NCBI GenBank assembly: GCA_036677365.1
Contig: JAVBWN010000009.1
Coordinates: 1 to 59,915 of the forward strand
From: Acholeplasma sp.
GTDB lineage: Bacteria; Bacillota_I; Bacilli_A; Acholeplasmatales; UBA5453
Reading direction: 5' to 3'
DNA length: 59,915 bases
Below, piece after piece: positions 38,010-48,584 of this stretch (positions within the stretch are counted from its first letter, which is position 1; the number at the start of each line of letters is the position of its first letter). Under the pieces are notes generated by a model. That model did no database searches. It saw only the letters and a list, made by a program, of their open reading frames with translations, and had not been told where the DNA came from. A program made the position numbers and the translations under genes.

Positions 38010-38698
38010 GACTCGATCATTATATGGTAGAAACCTTCCATAAAACACGTTCCCAAGCCCAAGACCTCATCCGTCAAGGTAAGGTGATGGTCGGCAGTCA
38101 AATCGTCACGAAAACAGGTTTTGATTTGAAACAAGACAAGGTAACCATTTTAGAAGACAACCTGTATGTTTCACGGGGTGGTTTAAAATTACTAGACGCC
38201 ATCACTGCGTTTCAGATTGATTTTAAAGACTTGGTGGTATGTGACATTGGGTCTTCCACCGGTGGTTTCACGGATTGTGCCTTACAACACCACGCTAAAA
38301 AAGTGTATGCTTACGATGTGGGTTCAAACCAGATGCATGAATCGCTTCGATTTCACCACCAAGTTGAGCTCCATGAACAAACCAATATTCTAGACGTAAC
38401 TCTACCAAAAGACATCGACATGTATACCATCGATGTCTCATTCACCTCAGTAAAACCCATCTTAAACCATTTAGAACCTACGAAAGGTCGATACCTGGTT
38501 TTGGTCAAACCTCAATTTGAAGTTGGACCAGACTACATCAAAGATGGGATTGTTAAAGACCCAAAAAAGCAAATCGACGCTTTGAACGGTATTATCACTT
38601 ATGCCAAGCAATTGAATTTTCAAATCCTTGCTCATAAAACTTCCGATTTACTCGGTAAAATGGGCAACCAAGAATTTTTACTCTTTCTATCAAAGTAA
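38006..38698 (+). CDS. tlyA: TlyA-family rRNA methyltransferase
   Basis: S4 domain MRLD, YVSRGGLKL, DIGSSTGGFTD, KPQFE, GNQEF. Confidence 0.93.
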   Translation: MRLDHYMVETFHKTRSQAQDLIRQGKVMVGSQIVTKTGFDLKQDKVTILEDNLYVSRGGLKLLDAITAFQIDFKDLVVCDIGSSTGGFTDCALQHHAKKVYAYDVGSNQMHESLRFHHQVELHEQTNILDVTLPKDIDMYTIDVSFTSVKPILNHLEPTKGRYLVLVKPQFEVGPDYIKDGIVKDPKKQIDALNGIITYAKQLNFQILAHKTSDLLGKMGNQEFLLFLSK

Positions 38699-38707
38699 GG
38701 TGACGTT

Positions 38708-40369
38708 ATGTTAAAGACACTCAAAATTGAAAATCTCGCCATCATCGAAGATTTAAGCGTTGAATTCAACCCTTCGATGACCGCCCTCACTGGTCAAACC
38801 GGTGCAGGTAAAAGTCTACTCATCGACTCCTTGAAGTTGTTGTTTGGCGCGAGAGCCGATGCTGACCTCATCCGTTATGGGGCAGAAAACGCCACGGTGA
38901 TGGGTGTTTTTAGTGATATTCGTAAGCCACTTGAACAATACTTAAAGACCTTAGACATCGATAGCGAAACATTAACCATCAAACGTGAAATCAGCCGAAA
39001 CAATAAGAATCAAATCAGCGTCAACCAAAAAAACATCACTTTAGGTGAATTGAAACGCATCGCTTTTTTCTTAGGCGATATCCACGAACAACACGATATA
39101 TCTAAATTGTTGGATCCGAAACTACAGTTATCATTGATTGACCAAATGGACCCTGATGGGATTTCACCCTTATTCAATCAATACCTTTTAACCAAAGAAA
39201 ACTATTTGGCACAACTTAAAAAATACGAACAAGCGAAAAAGGAACAACAATCGAAGACATTGGAACTAGAACGCTTAAAAGATGAACAAGACGAACTGAA
39301 AAAGTTCGGATTGAATGTGACAGAAACCTCTGAGCTGACCGAGAAAATCGAAAAACTATCCCACGAAGAAAAAATCGTCTCAAGGGTGTCTAGAGCCTAT
39401 GAGATTTTAGATGAATTGTACCAAAAAGGCGATTTGTATGAAGCGGCCGATGCGTTATCTGAGATAAAAATGTATGATGGTTTATACGCCACCGGCAGTG
39501 AATCATTAAAAAATGTCTATTATGAACTGGAAGGTTTGAGGAGCGATTTAAAGAAGAGTTTGGACATATTTGAATATCGCTCTGAGTTTGAACTAGACAC
39601 CTTACAAGAACGTTTATTCGCCATCACTCAACTCGAAAAGAAGTACCGTATGAGTGTAGCCGAGCTTGAGACTTATTTGAAAGACATCGAAGAAAAAATC
39701 CTCATGACAGAGGACTATGAAGGGTATTTAAAATCACTGAAATCCGATTTAGATCACAAGCATAAACTCACATTAGAAGCAGGGTTAAAACTCCATCAAT
39801 CTAGAGAAAAGCTTGCCAAAAAACTCACCACCGAAATCATCGATGAACTACAGTTGTTGGATTTGGAAAAAGTGCGTTTTGAGATTGTGTTTGAAAAACA
39901 AGAACAACCCCCAGTACTTTATGAAGATGGCTTAGACATCGTCACTTTTTACATTGGGTTAAACCAGGGTGAACCCCTAAAACCGTTGTATAAAACGGCA
40001 TCGGGTGGAGAACTTTCTCGATTCATGTTGGCTTTAAAAATCATATTTGCCAAATTCCAATCCTTAGGTTTGGTCGTATTTGACGAAATCGATATGGGGA
40101 TTTCTGGCAAAACCGCCTCCAAAGTCGCTACAAGAATCCACGCGCTCAGTGCCCATACCCAAGTTTTAACCATCACACACTTGGCACAAGTCGCCGCGAA
40201 AGCCGATTATCACTACCATATTTTAAAGAAGATTAAAGACAATCGTACAGTGACTCAAATCGATATTTTAAATACAGAAAAACGCATCGAAATCATCGCT
40301 GAGATGTTGTCAGGCGAACGCATGGATGCGTATGCCATACAACATGCGAAAGCCTTGTTAGAAAAATAA
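38708..40369 (+). CDS. recN: DNA repair protein RecN
   Basis: TGQTGAGKS, ASGGELSR, FDEIDMG, ITHLAQVAA. Confidence 0.95.
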   Translation: MLKTLKIENLAIIEDLSVEFNPSMTALTGQTGAGKSLLIDSLKLLFGARADADLIRYGAENATVMGVFSDIRKPLEQYLKTLDIDSETLTIKREISRNNKNQISVNQKNITLGELKRIAFFLGDIHEQHDISKLLDPKLQLSLIDQMDPDGISPLFNQYLLTKENYLAQLKKYEQAKKEQQSKTLELERLKDEQDELKKFGLNVTETSELTEKIEKLSHEEKIVSRVSRAYEILDELYQKGDLYEAADALSEIKMYDGLYATGSESLKNVYYELEGLRSDLKKSLDIFEYRSEFELDTLQERLFAITQLEKKYRMSVAELETYLKDIEEKILMTEDYEGYLKSLKSDLDHKHKLTLEAGLKLHQSREKLAKKLTTEIIDELQLLDLEKVRFEIVFEKQEQPPVLYEDGLDIVTFYIGLNQGEPLKPLYKTASGGELSRFMLALKIIFAKFQSLGLVVFDEIDMGISGKTASKVATRIHALSAHTQVLTITHLAQVAAKADYHYHILKKIKDNRTVTQIDILNTEKRIEIIAEMLSGERMDAYAIQHAKALLEK

Positions 40370-40389
40370 AAAAAGGCTTTCGCCTTCTC

Positions 40390-40578
40390 TTATTGTCTTT
40401 CGATCAACATAATGATTAATGCAATAAACGGTAAAATGATCATCCCTAAAACGAGCACGACTACAATCGTTTTACCCCACCAAGTCTTCAGAGGATTTCT
40501 TAGGGTTGGCACTTCGAATGTGTTTGTATTGGTTTCTGGTTTCTTCGTTTTTGGTTTATTTGATTTGTTTTCAGCCAT
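40390..40578 (-). CDS. Small membrane protein
   Basis: GAGGTG RBS; basic N-terminus and one C-terminal TM segment. Confidence 0.65.
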   Translation of the reverse strand: MAENKSNKPKTKKPETNTNTFEVPTLRNPLKTWWGKTIVVVLVLGMIILPFIALIIMLIERQ

Positions 40579-40648
40579 AATTATCACCTCAACTTGATTT
40601 CATCATTATGATTATAATACATAAGCCCAAAAAAAGAAAGTGATTTCC

Positions 40649-41827
40649 ATGAAAAGTAGCGTAAGAATCATTTTTCACATCGACTTGAACGCGTTTTTCG
40701 CATCCGTCGAAATGATCGAAAATCCATCGCTTAAGAACAAAGTTTTCGCTGTGGGGGGCGGTCTCAACTTCAACCGTGGCGGTATTTTAACCACGGCCTC
40801 ATATAAAGCGCGTCAGTATGGCATCCGTAGTGGGATGACCATTGCGAACGCGCTTCATTTATATCCTAAACTCATCGTTGTTCCAAACCGACATGGTGTA
40901 TACCACCAATACTCCATGAAGTTCATTGAATACTTGAAGACTTATACCCATTTGGTGTGGCAAGTCTCCATTGATGAAGCGTATGTGGATGTCACCGACA
41001 TCGAAGGCATTCATCCCCTCGCTTTGGCGAAAAAGATGCAATCCGAACTCGTCTCAAAATTCCAACTGCCCTCATCAATTGGTATCGCCCCGACCCTTTT
41101 TCTCGCTAAAATGGGGTCTGATATGAAAAAACCTATGGGCATCACAGTCATTAGAAAACGCGATGTAAAACAAAAAATCTACCCACTACCCATCAAAGAC
41201 ATGTATGGTTTAGGTAAGAAAACCTACCCTAAACTCGAAAAGATTGGCATCCATACCATCGCGGATTTCGTAGACCCAGCCAATATGAAAAAAATACTCG
41301 AAATCATCAGTCAAAAAAGTTATGATGCCTATATACTAGACATCCATGGTTTATCTTCCAACAAAGTAGACCCATATAAATACGCATTACCAAAAAGCAT
41401 CTCCAATGAAACCACGTTGTCGTTTGATACGGATATAGAAAGTGTCATTAAAGAAACACTCATCAGTCAATTGAAAGAAGCATACCCAAGGATGATTCAT
41501 GACCGCCTACAAACCAAAACGGTGGGGATAAGATTAAGATACCACAATTTTGAAACCACGCAGAAAGTCAGAAGTATCGCTCAGTACACCGATGATTACC
41601 AACAAATCGAAGACATCATTGTCGAATTGTTTGAAAATTTCTACACAGGTAAACCGGTGCGTTTGGTGGGGGTTTCTTTAAATAACCTTAAAACCAAGGA
41701 TGCGATAGAAAAGCCATTTGATCTGTTTGAGTATCAGGCTATAGAAGAGAAAAAATCACGCATCCTGGATGCGCTAAAAGCGGTTAATGAAAAAAAAGCG
41801 AAAGAACCCAAGGATTCTATCGATTGA
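40649..41827 (+). CDS. dinB: DNA polymerase IV
   Basis: HIDLNAFFASVE, ASYKAR, SIDEAYVD, AKMGSDMKKPMG. Confidence 0.95.
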   Translation: MKSSVRIIFHIDLNAFFASVEMIENPSLKNKVFAVGGGLNFNRGGILTTASYKARQYGIRSGMTIANALHLYPKLIVVPNRHGVYHQYSMKFIEYLKTYTHLVWQVSIDEAYVDVTDIEGIHPLALAKKMQSELVSKFQLPSSIGIAPTLFLAKMGSDMKKPMGITVIRKRDVKQKIYPLPIKDMYGLGKKTYPKLEKIGIHTIADFVDPANMKKILEIISQKSYDAYILDIHGLSSNKVDPYKYALPKSISNETTLSFDTDIESVIKETLISQLKEAYPRMIHDRLQTKTVGIRLRYHNFETTQKVRSIAQYTDDYQQIEDIIVELFENFYTGKPVRLVGVSLNNLKTKDAIEKPFDLFEYQAIEEKKSRILDALKAVNEKKAKEPKDSID

Positions 41828-41870
41828 AAATCTAAAAAAAGTATATAATAGAACATAAAGAGGTGAATCT

Positions 41871-44072
41871 ATGATTCGATTAGAAGGCGTATCTAAATAT
41901 TATAATACCGATAATAACGTCGTCTTAGGGCTACGACGTGTCAACTTAGATTTTAAGCTAGGTGAGTTTGTCGCGATTACTGGGGAATCCGGCAGTGGTA
42001 AGTCTACTTTGCTAAATGTCATTTCAGGGTTAGACAAGTATGATGAAGGTGAACTTTATGTCAATGGTGAAGAAACCAGTTATTATACGGTAGAAGAATT
42101 TGAACAGTACCGTAAACAATACATTGGGTTCGTTTTCCAAAACTACAACATCATCGATTCATATACCGTCTATCAAAACGTCATGGCAGCGTTGATGATT
42201 CAAGGCTATGACCCAGAAAAACGAAAAGCACGTGCACTCGAACTCATCGACCGTGTGGGTTTGACGTCTCATAAAAACCATCGTGCATCCAAACTGTCGG
42301 GTGGTCAAAAACAACGCGCAGTCATTGCGAGAGCCCTCGCCAAAGACTGCCCAGTGATTGTAGCCGATGAACCTACGGGCAATTTAGACAGTGAAACAGG
42401 CAAAAAGGTGTTAGAGTTATTAAAAGAAGTATCGAAAGACAAATTGGTGCTGATTGTTACGCATAACTATGAACAAGTAGAACCTTACGCTACCCGTAAA
42501 ATCCGCATGTTTGATGGTGAAGTGGTGGAAGATAAAACCGTCAAGGCTGTATCCCCATTTGAAGTGAAACCAACGTTATCATCGAAAAACTTAAGTCCAA
42601 TCGATGTCTTAAAATTGGCATTTGTTTCCTTGTTTAGTATCCCTAAAAAGACATTCTTAATTTTCATCACCTTGATGTTTGCTTTCGCAGCCATCGCTTC
42701 GGTGTATAGTTTAAATGAATGGGTTCAAAACCTTGGGGGTATCAATAACTATAACCCCGTGTTTAGACAAAACTTTGAAGGTAGGGTCGTCGTGACTAAA
42801 GTGGATGGGACCCCATTCTCTCAAAATGAACTCAACGATCTGTTGGCCAAAAATCGTGTTGAAGGCATCATTCATAACGATGTCTTACTCGATATGGAAT
42901 ATCAAATTATATACAATTCATATTTTAATTACGGCTCTTTAAGACCGTATGTTGGGCAATCATTCCCATTAGAATCGGGAAGAATGCCTGAGGCTATGAA
43001 CGAGATTGTCCTATATCCAACCTATTGGGGACAAACTTATACGATTGGTGATACAGTGACCGTATCTTATGCGAATAACAACAAAAATGAATTTACCGTG
43101 AACCCATCGACATCTTATACCATGACGGTTGTGGGTCTTTTAGAAGAATCTTTCTACAATTATGCAGGGGTTGTGCACCCTTCATTCTTCAATCGAAACA
43201 TCACCAATACCTACGCGACAAGCAACTTGATGGCTGCTTATGCCATTCATCCCAATCTATTGCTTGAGTTGAAACAATCCAGCAATTTAGAAAGCGTGTT
43301 GGGGTTCAATAAAAATATGGTCTTCATCGATGATACATTGCCAGATGGCCAAGCCAAAGCCACATCTATATTGTATGATGCCTTGGTAGAACGTTTTGGT
43401 ACCCAAGCGAATGTCCAATCCCAAGTTTTCAAACTTGTTAAACCAGAAGTCAAATTTACCCCTGAAAAAAGTATGGATTTACAAATCATTGGAAAAATCA
43501 ATGCTGACCCATGGATACAAGAAGTTTATGTGAATAGCACAACCTATCTAGACCTCTTTGGCGAAGGCCCATATCAAGTCTCTTTACTGACAGCAGATAC
43601 ATTTGATGCTCGGGCTGTGATGGGTAGTTTAAGCGAAAATTATCAATCGGTTCACCCATTCGAATATGTGGGTTATGATTATAATATGGGCTTAGGTGGG
43701 TTATTGACCTTTGTATATTTCTTGGTTGGTGGTTTCATCTACATCATTTTAAACTTAGTGATCAAATCCATCATCCAATCCAGACGTAAAGACTTTGTCA
43801 TTTTCCGATCGATTGGGGCGTCTAAAACGGATTTAAGAAAACTCCTTTCATTTGAACAAGTCTTATTCAATGCCTTTGGATTCGTCTTGTCATTTATCCC
43901 ACTCATTGTGATGAATATTTACATCCCTGAGTTCAAAGTGATGCGTTACATTCCAGTATGGATGTATGGGGTATTCTTCCTCATTTTCTTGGTGGTTTTA
44001 CTCAGCATCAACAACAAATTCGCCAACAAATTGTTTGGTAAGAGTGTCATCACGACACTGAAGAGTGAGTAG
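41871..44072 (+). CDS. MacB-like fused ABC ATPase/FtsX-type permease
   Basis: GESGSGKS, LSGGQKQR, ADEPTGNLD; large extracellular loop; FRSIGA plus TM segments. Confidence 0.9.
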   Translation: MIRLEGVSKYYNTDNNVVLGLRRVNLDFKLGEFVAITGESGSGKSTLLNVISGLDKYDEGELYVNGEETSYYTVEEFEQYRKQYIGFVFQNYNIIDSYTVYQNVMAALMIQGYDPEKRKARALELIDRVGLTSHKNHRASKLSGGQKQRAVIARALAKDCPVIVADEPTGNLDSETGKKVLELLKEVSKDKLVLIVTHNYEQVEPYATRKIRMFDGEVVEDKTVKAVSPFEVKPTLSSKNLSPIDVLKLAFVSLFSIPKKTFLIFITLMFAFAAIASVYSLNEWVQNLGGINNYNPVFRQNFEGRVVVTKVDGTPFSQNELNDLLAKNRVEGIIHNDVLLDMEYQIIYNSYFNYGSLRPYVGQSFPLESGRMPEAMNEIVLYPTYWGQTYTIGDTVTVSYANNNKNEFTVNPSTSYTMTVVGLLEESFYNYAGVVHPSFFNRNITNTYATSNLMAAYAIHPNLLLELKQSSNLESVLGFNKNMVFIDDTLPDGQAKATSILYDALVERFGTQANVQSQVFKLVKPEVKFTPEKSMDLQIIGKINADPWIQEVYVNSTTYLDLFGEGPYQVSLLTADTFDARAVMGSLSENYQSVHPFEYVGYDYNMGLGGLLTFVYFLVGGFIYIILNLVIKSIIQSRRKDFVIFRSIGASKTDLRKLLSFEQVLFNAFGFVLSFIPLIVMNIYIPEFKVMRYIPVWMYGVFFLIFLVVLLSINNKFANKLFGKSVITTLKSE

Positions 44073-44080
44073 GTGAACCC

Positions 44081-46291
44081 ATGATAACCGCACAAAAATT
44101 AGACAAATTCTTCAATCGTGGGAAACGAAATGAAATCCACGTCATCAATCAAATATCGCTCGATTTACCAGACCATGGCTTGGTGGTCTTATTTGGTCCA
44201 TCTGGGTCAGGTAAAACCACTTTACTCAACGTCTTGGGTGGATTAGACCGTGCTAAAGGTGAGATTCATTTTAATGACATCACCTTAAACGGCTATTCGA
44301 TGACCAAATGGGACAAAATTCGTAATAGACACATCGGGTATATCTTTCAAAACTACATGTTGTTAGAAAATATCTCCATCTATGAAAATATCAAATTGAC
44401 TCTAAACATGATTGGAATCACCGATAAAGATGAGATCAACAAACGTGTTGAGTATCTACTTGAAAAAGTCGGTCTTAAGAATTATAAGAAACGTAAAGCT
44501 GGGTTATTGTCTGGGGGTCAACAACAACGGGTCGCAATCGCCAGAGCTTTAGCGAAAAACCCTGAAGTCATCATCGCCGATGAACCCACAGGTAATCTCG
44601 ATTCGAAAAATACCGTGGATATCATGAATATCATCAAGACCATTTCAAAAGAAAAATTGGTCCTTTTGGTAACGCATGAACGAGAACTCGCAACATTTTA
44701 TGCCGATCGAATCATTGAGTTGAAAGATGGACAAATCGTCAGTGATACAGAAAACAGTGGCGATGGCGGAAGTTTAGAACTCAAACACGACACAGATATA
44801 TACCTCAAAGATATGGATATGACTGGGGTATCTAATGAAGCCTTAGATGTATCTTTTTATAGCGACAAAAAAACAGAAAAAATCAAATTACGTTTGGTCT
44901 TAAAAAATGGCACTTTATATTTGGATGTGGATCAAAAACATGCCCAAAAAGTCAATTTACTCTCCGACAAGAGTGAGGTTAAATTGATTGATGACCACTA
45001 TAAAGATTTAGAAAAGAACGTCATGGATAACCTCGATTCCTACCAATTTGGATCCATCATCGATGAAACCAAAGTCGAGAAATCTCAACCGGTCATCACT
45101 TGGAAACATGCGTTTAAATTGGCATTAAATAAAATCATCAATTCAACGACCAAACGGAAATTCCTATTTGTGGGATTTATCTTGGCCGGGTTCTTGTTAT
45201 TGATTGCGTTTGGGTTTGTATCTCGAATGATCATTTTGGATGACAAACTCTTTATGCCATTTGATAAAAACTATGTGGTTGCGACAAACATTCAAAACAG
45301 AACCGAACTCGATGCCATCATCCACGATGAAAATACAGTGTATGTGACCCAACGACCTTCTTATATGGTGATGTTTGAACTCCCTGTTTATTATCAAGAA
45401 TCGTATGGGATAGATTCGTATGTTGCCATCGATTTTGTCTCAAACATTGAGAATAAAGCCATTATTTATGGACGAAATGTACAAAATGATGGTGAAATCT
45501 TGCTAGACTATACGTTGTTTAAAGGGGATAATAATACACTAACTCAAATACTACGGGCTTATGGTGTAGCAACCCCTCAAGCATTGTTGGGTAAAACAAC
45601 CTATGTGAATCAAAAAGCGTATACATTGGTCGGTTTTGTGGATCAAGGGTATAGTGCTGTATACATGCGTGAAATTGATTTTTATCGTAGTATATTACCT
45701 AATCCTGGAACAAAGACACTTGAAGTTTTACAAGATGAGTATTTTGATCAAGCAACTTACCCTATAGCTGAACTATTCGTACTTTCAAAGAATCCAACGG
45801 AAAGCGTTCAATTCATCGATGGCTTGGGAACAACAATTGATGCTTCACACCCCTATTTAGAGTATCGTGATAATTATCTAACCATGATGGCTTTGGTCTA
45901 TAGTTTCTTATGGGTATTCTCACTTGTCATCGTCATCATCACTTTAATAGCATTATTCTTCGTACTTCGTGCCTCCTTAGCAGAACGAATCACTGAAATC
46001 GCTGTGTTTAGAGCCCTGGGTGTGCGAAGGATCGATATCATCAAAACATTCATCGTGGAAATATTTGTCATCACGACGGTGTCATTCATCGTCGGGTATA
46101 TCTTTGGTATATATTATTTTACCAACGTCAACACCGCCTTATATGACAGTAACTTAATCATTTTCCCTGCCGTATTCATGGTGCTTGGGGGTCTATTCAT
46201 CTATGGTGTAAGCCAATTGATTGGTTTGATTCCAGTATGGAGTTTGTTACGCAAAACGCCCGCTCAAATCATGAGCGCTTATGATATATAA
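44081..46291 (+). CDS. MacB-like fused ABC ATPase/FtsX-type permease
   Basis: GPSGSGKT, LSGGQQQR, ADEPTGNLD; EIAVFRALG plus TM segments. Confidence 0.9.
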   Translation: MITAQKLDKFFNRGKRNEIHVINQISLDLPDHGLVVLFGPSGSGKTTLLNVLGGLDRAKGEIHFNDITLNGYSMTKWDKIRNRHIGYIFQNYMLLENISIYENIKLTLNMIGITDKDEINKRVEYLLEKVGLKNYKKRKAGLLSGGQQQRVAIARALAKNPEVIIADEPTGNLDSKNTVDIMNIIKTISKEKLVLLVTHERELATFYADRIIELKDGQIVSDTENSGDGGSLELKHDTDIYLKDMDMTGVSNEALDVSFYSDKKTEKIKLRLVLKNGTLYLDVDQKHAQKVNLLSDKSEVKLIDDHYKDLEKNVMDNLDSYQFGSIIDETKVEKSQPVITWKHAFKLALNKIINSTTKRKFLFVGFILAGFLLLIAFGFVSRMIILDDKLFMPFDKNYVVATNIQNRTELDAIIHDENTVYVTQRPSYMVMFELPVYYQESYGIDSYVAIDFVSNIENKAIIYGRNVQNDGEILLDYTLFKGDNNTLTQILRAYGVATPQALLGKTTYVNQKAYTLVGFVDQGYSAVYMREIDFYRSILPNPGTKTLEVLQDEYFDQATYPIAELFVLSKNPTESVQFIDGLGTTIDASHPYLEYRDNYLTMMALVYSFLWVFSLVIVIITLIALFFVLRASLAERITEIAVFRALGVRRIDIIKTFIVEIFVITTVSFIVGYIFGIYYFTNVNTALYDSNLIIFPAVFMVLGGLFIYGVSQLIGLIPVWSLLRKTPAQIMSAYDI

Positions 46292-46293
46292 AA

Positions 46294-46314
46294 AAACCAA
46301 GGCAACCTTGGTTT
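46294..46314. terminator. Bidirectional terminator
   Basis: AAACCAAGG-caa-CCTTGGTTT between convergent genes. Confidence 0.7.
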
Positions 46315-47245
46315 AGGATAAAATATCTAAATAAGTTAAGGAAGAAACGTGTGTCCACGTTTCTTTTTTATTGTAGTCAAACTGCTTTAAGTATTGAATT
46401 ACTTCATTGGTCACTTTGGTTGGGGTAGAAGCACCTGAGGTTACCGATACCGATTGAGCGGTTTTGAACCATGCTGGGTCAATGTCGGATACGCCTTCGA
46501 CACGGTAACTTGGGATATTACGTTCATGGGTGGATACGAAGGCGAGTTTGTTAGAATTGGAAGATAACGCGTCCCCAACCACGATACAAAGATCAACCAA
46601 AGGTTGTTCAATCACCGCTTGTTGTCTGGTTGTGGTGGCGTCACAAATATCGTCATCAAACAATAAATCCGGGTATTTAATTTTCAAAACATTCAATACC
46701 ACATCGATATCGTAGCGTGATAATGTCGTTTGATTCGTGACAAACAATGGTTTGTCTGGGTATTTTTGGGTAAAATTCAGCGCGTCCACCGCGTTGGTCA
46801 AAAACGAAATTTCTTCAGATATCCCCAAAATACCTTCAGGTTCTGGGTGGTTTTTATGTCCGATATAGACAATTTCATAACCCAAGTTTAAGTGCTTTTT
46901 AACCGCGTCATGAACTTTGCTGACGTCTTTACAAGTGGCGTTAACGATGGTTAATCCCTTGGCTTTGGCTTTTTCAATGACTTGATCGGATACCCCATGG
47001 GCGGTCATGATGACTGTCCCTGAGGTAATATCATCCAATAACGCCAGCCTGGTTTTATTTGGATTATCCAATGAAATGACACCAAAATGTCTAAACGCCT
47101 CGGTTATTTTTTTGTTATGTACAATTAAACCCAAAATGTGGATGGGTCTTGGATATTGATCATCTTCAATGGTCTTTTTGACCATATGGAGTGCTTTAGC
47201 TACCCCGTGACAGTAGCCTCTTGGACGTAAATCTATGACATTCAT
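46313..47245 (-). CDS. ispH: 4-hydroxy-3-methylbut-2-enyl diphosphate reductase
   Basis: GYCHGV, IVHN, TAHG, ATC, ICDATTTRQ, SSNS, GASTP. Confidence 0.96.
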   Translation of the reverse strand: MNVIDLRPRGYCHGVAKALHMVKKTIEDDQYPRPIHILGLIVHNKKITEAFRHFGVISLDNPNKTRLALLDDITSGTVIMTAHGVSDQVIEKAKAKGLTIVNATCKDVSKVHDAVKKHLNLGYEIVYIGHKNHPEPEGILGISEEISFLTNAVDALNFTQKYPDKPLFVTNQTTLSRYDIDVVLNVLKIKYPDLLFDDDICDATTTRQQAVIEQPLVDLCIVVGDALSSNSNKLAFVSTHERNIPSYRVEGVSDIDPAWFKTAQSVSVTSGASTPTKVTNEVIQYLKQFDYNKKETWTHVSSLTYLDILS

Positions 47246-47339
47246 GGTATCACCTGTGATTATTATAACAAACAACCGGTTTAAATTCTAACATTAGGTA
47301 TAAACGACAAAATAGAGTATAATATAAACGGTGATTTTT

Positions 47340-48584
47340 ATGTTTAAAACAAGTATACAAGAAAAAATAAATGCATTGGGTTACAAGACGTTCACACCGA
47401 TTCAAGAAGCGGTTTTTAAGTCTTACCCTAAAGAGAAGCACATCATTGGATTGGCACCGACAGGCACTGGGAAAACCCATGCGTACTTATTGCCAATCAT
47501 CAATGATTTGGATTTGGCTTATGAAGCTGTACAAGCAGTCATTTGTGTGCCTACCAACGAGTTGGTTGCACAAGTTGAAACGATGTTAAAAAGCGTCAAT
47601 ATTGGTTTTACTGTGAAAGCATTGACGACCTCTAAAGACCGTTTAAGAGAATTGGATGCTTTATCCAAAAAACAACCTCAAATCGTCATTTCTACCCCAG
47701 GCAGATTGGAAGATTACGCGATTCAAGAAGGTAAATTGAAAATCCATACAGCCAAAGTTTTCGTTTTAGATGAAGCAGACATGATGCTCGACATGGATTT
47801 CATGACCACATTAGACCGTGTCTTTTACGCTGTAAGGGATGCGAAAATGATGTTATTCTCAGCGACTTTACCTGAAGGTTTAACCAAATGGATTGACACT
47901 TATTTTGGTAAAGCATTCATGATCGATTTGAAAGACCCTTCCGTTTTAAAAATAACCCATGGTTTGGTCTATACCCGATTTGAGACAAGAGACCACGATT
48001 TTAAACGATTGGTCAAAGCCATCAACCCATACTTATGCATGGTGTTTGTCTCTAAAAAAGAACAGGTTGACCATGTCTATCAACAACTTTTAGATGTGGG
48101 TATCAAAGCGATTCGAATCTCTGGGGATACCCCATCGAGAGAAAGAAAAACCATTTTAGATGACATCAAACAATTAAAGTATACCTACATTGTGTCATCT
48201 GATTTGGGGTCACGTGGTTTAGACATCATCGGTGTTTCTCACGTCATTCACTATGAATTACCATACCACCTAGAATATTACATCCACCGTTCAGGTCGAA
48301 CTGGTAGAGCCAATCAAACGGGTATTTCATATGCACTAGTAACCAATGAAAATTCTCGAAAAATTGAAAATTTGGTCAAAAAAGGCATCACATTCCAACG
48401 TTATCAATTCGATGGTGATTCATTGGTACCAATCATTAAAAAGCCTAAGAGCAGCCTCTCTGAAGAAGAATTAGCAGCGATCCGTAAAGTCAAAAAACCA
48501 ACCAAAGTATCCCCCAACTATAAGAAGAAAAATAAGAAATTGGTGAAAAAAGCACGTAACGCCGTGCGATTTGGAGGTAAATAA
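47340..48584 (+). CDS. cshB: DEAD-box RNA helicase (CshB-like)
   Basis: TPIQ, PTGTGKT, DEAD, SAT, RGLD, HRSGRTGR; adjacent to nfo as in Bacillus. Confidence 0.85.
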   Translation: MFKTSIQEKINALGYKTFTPIQEAVFKSYPKEKHIIGLAPTGTGKTHAYLLPIINDLDLAYEAVQAVICVPTNELVAQVETMLKSVNIGFTVKALTTSKDRLRELDALSKKQPQIVISTPGRLEDYAIQEGKLKIHTAKVFVLDEADMMLDMDFMTTLDRVFYAVRDAKMMLFSATLPEGLTKWIDTYFGKAFMIDLKDPSVLKITHGLVYTRFETRDHDFKRLVKAINPYLCMVFVSKKEQVDHVYQQLLDVGIKAIRISGDTPSRERKTILDDIKQLKYTYIVSSDLGSRGLDIIGVSHVIHYELPYHLEYYIHRSGRTGRANQTGISYALVTNENSRKIENLVKKGITFQRYQFDGDSLVPIIKKPKSSLSEEELAAIRKVKKPTKVSPNYKKKNKKLVKKARNAVRFGGK

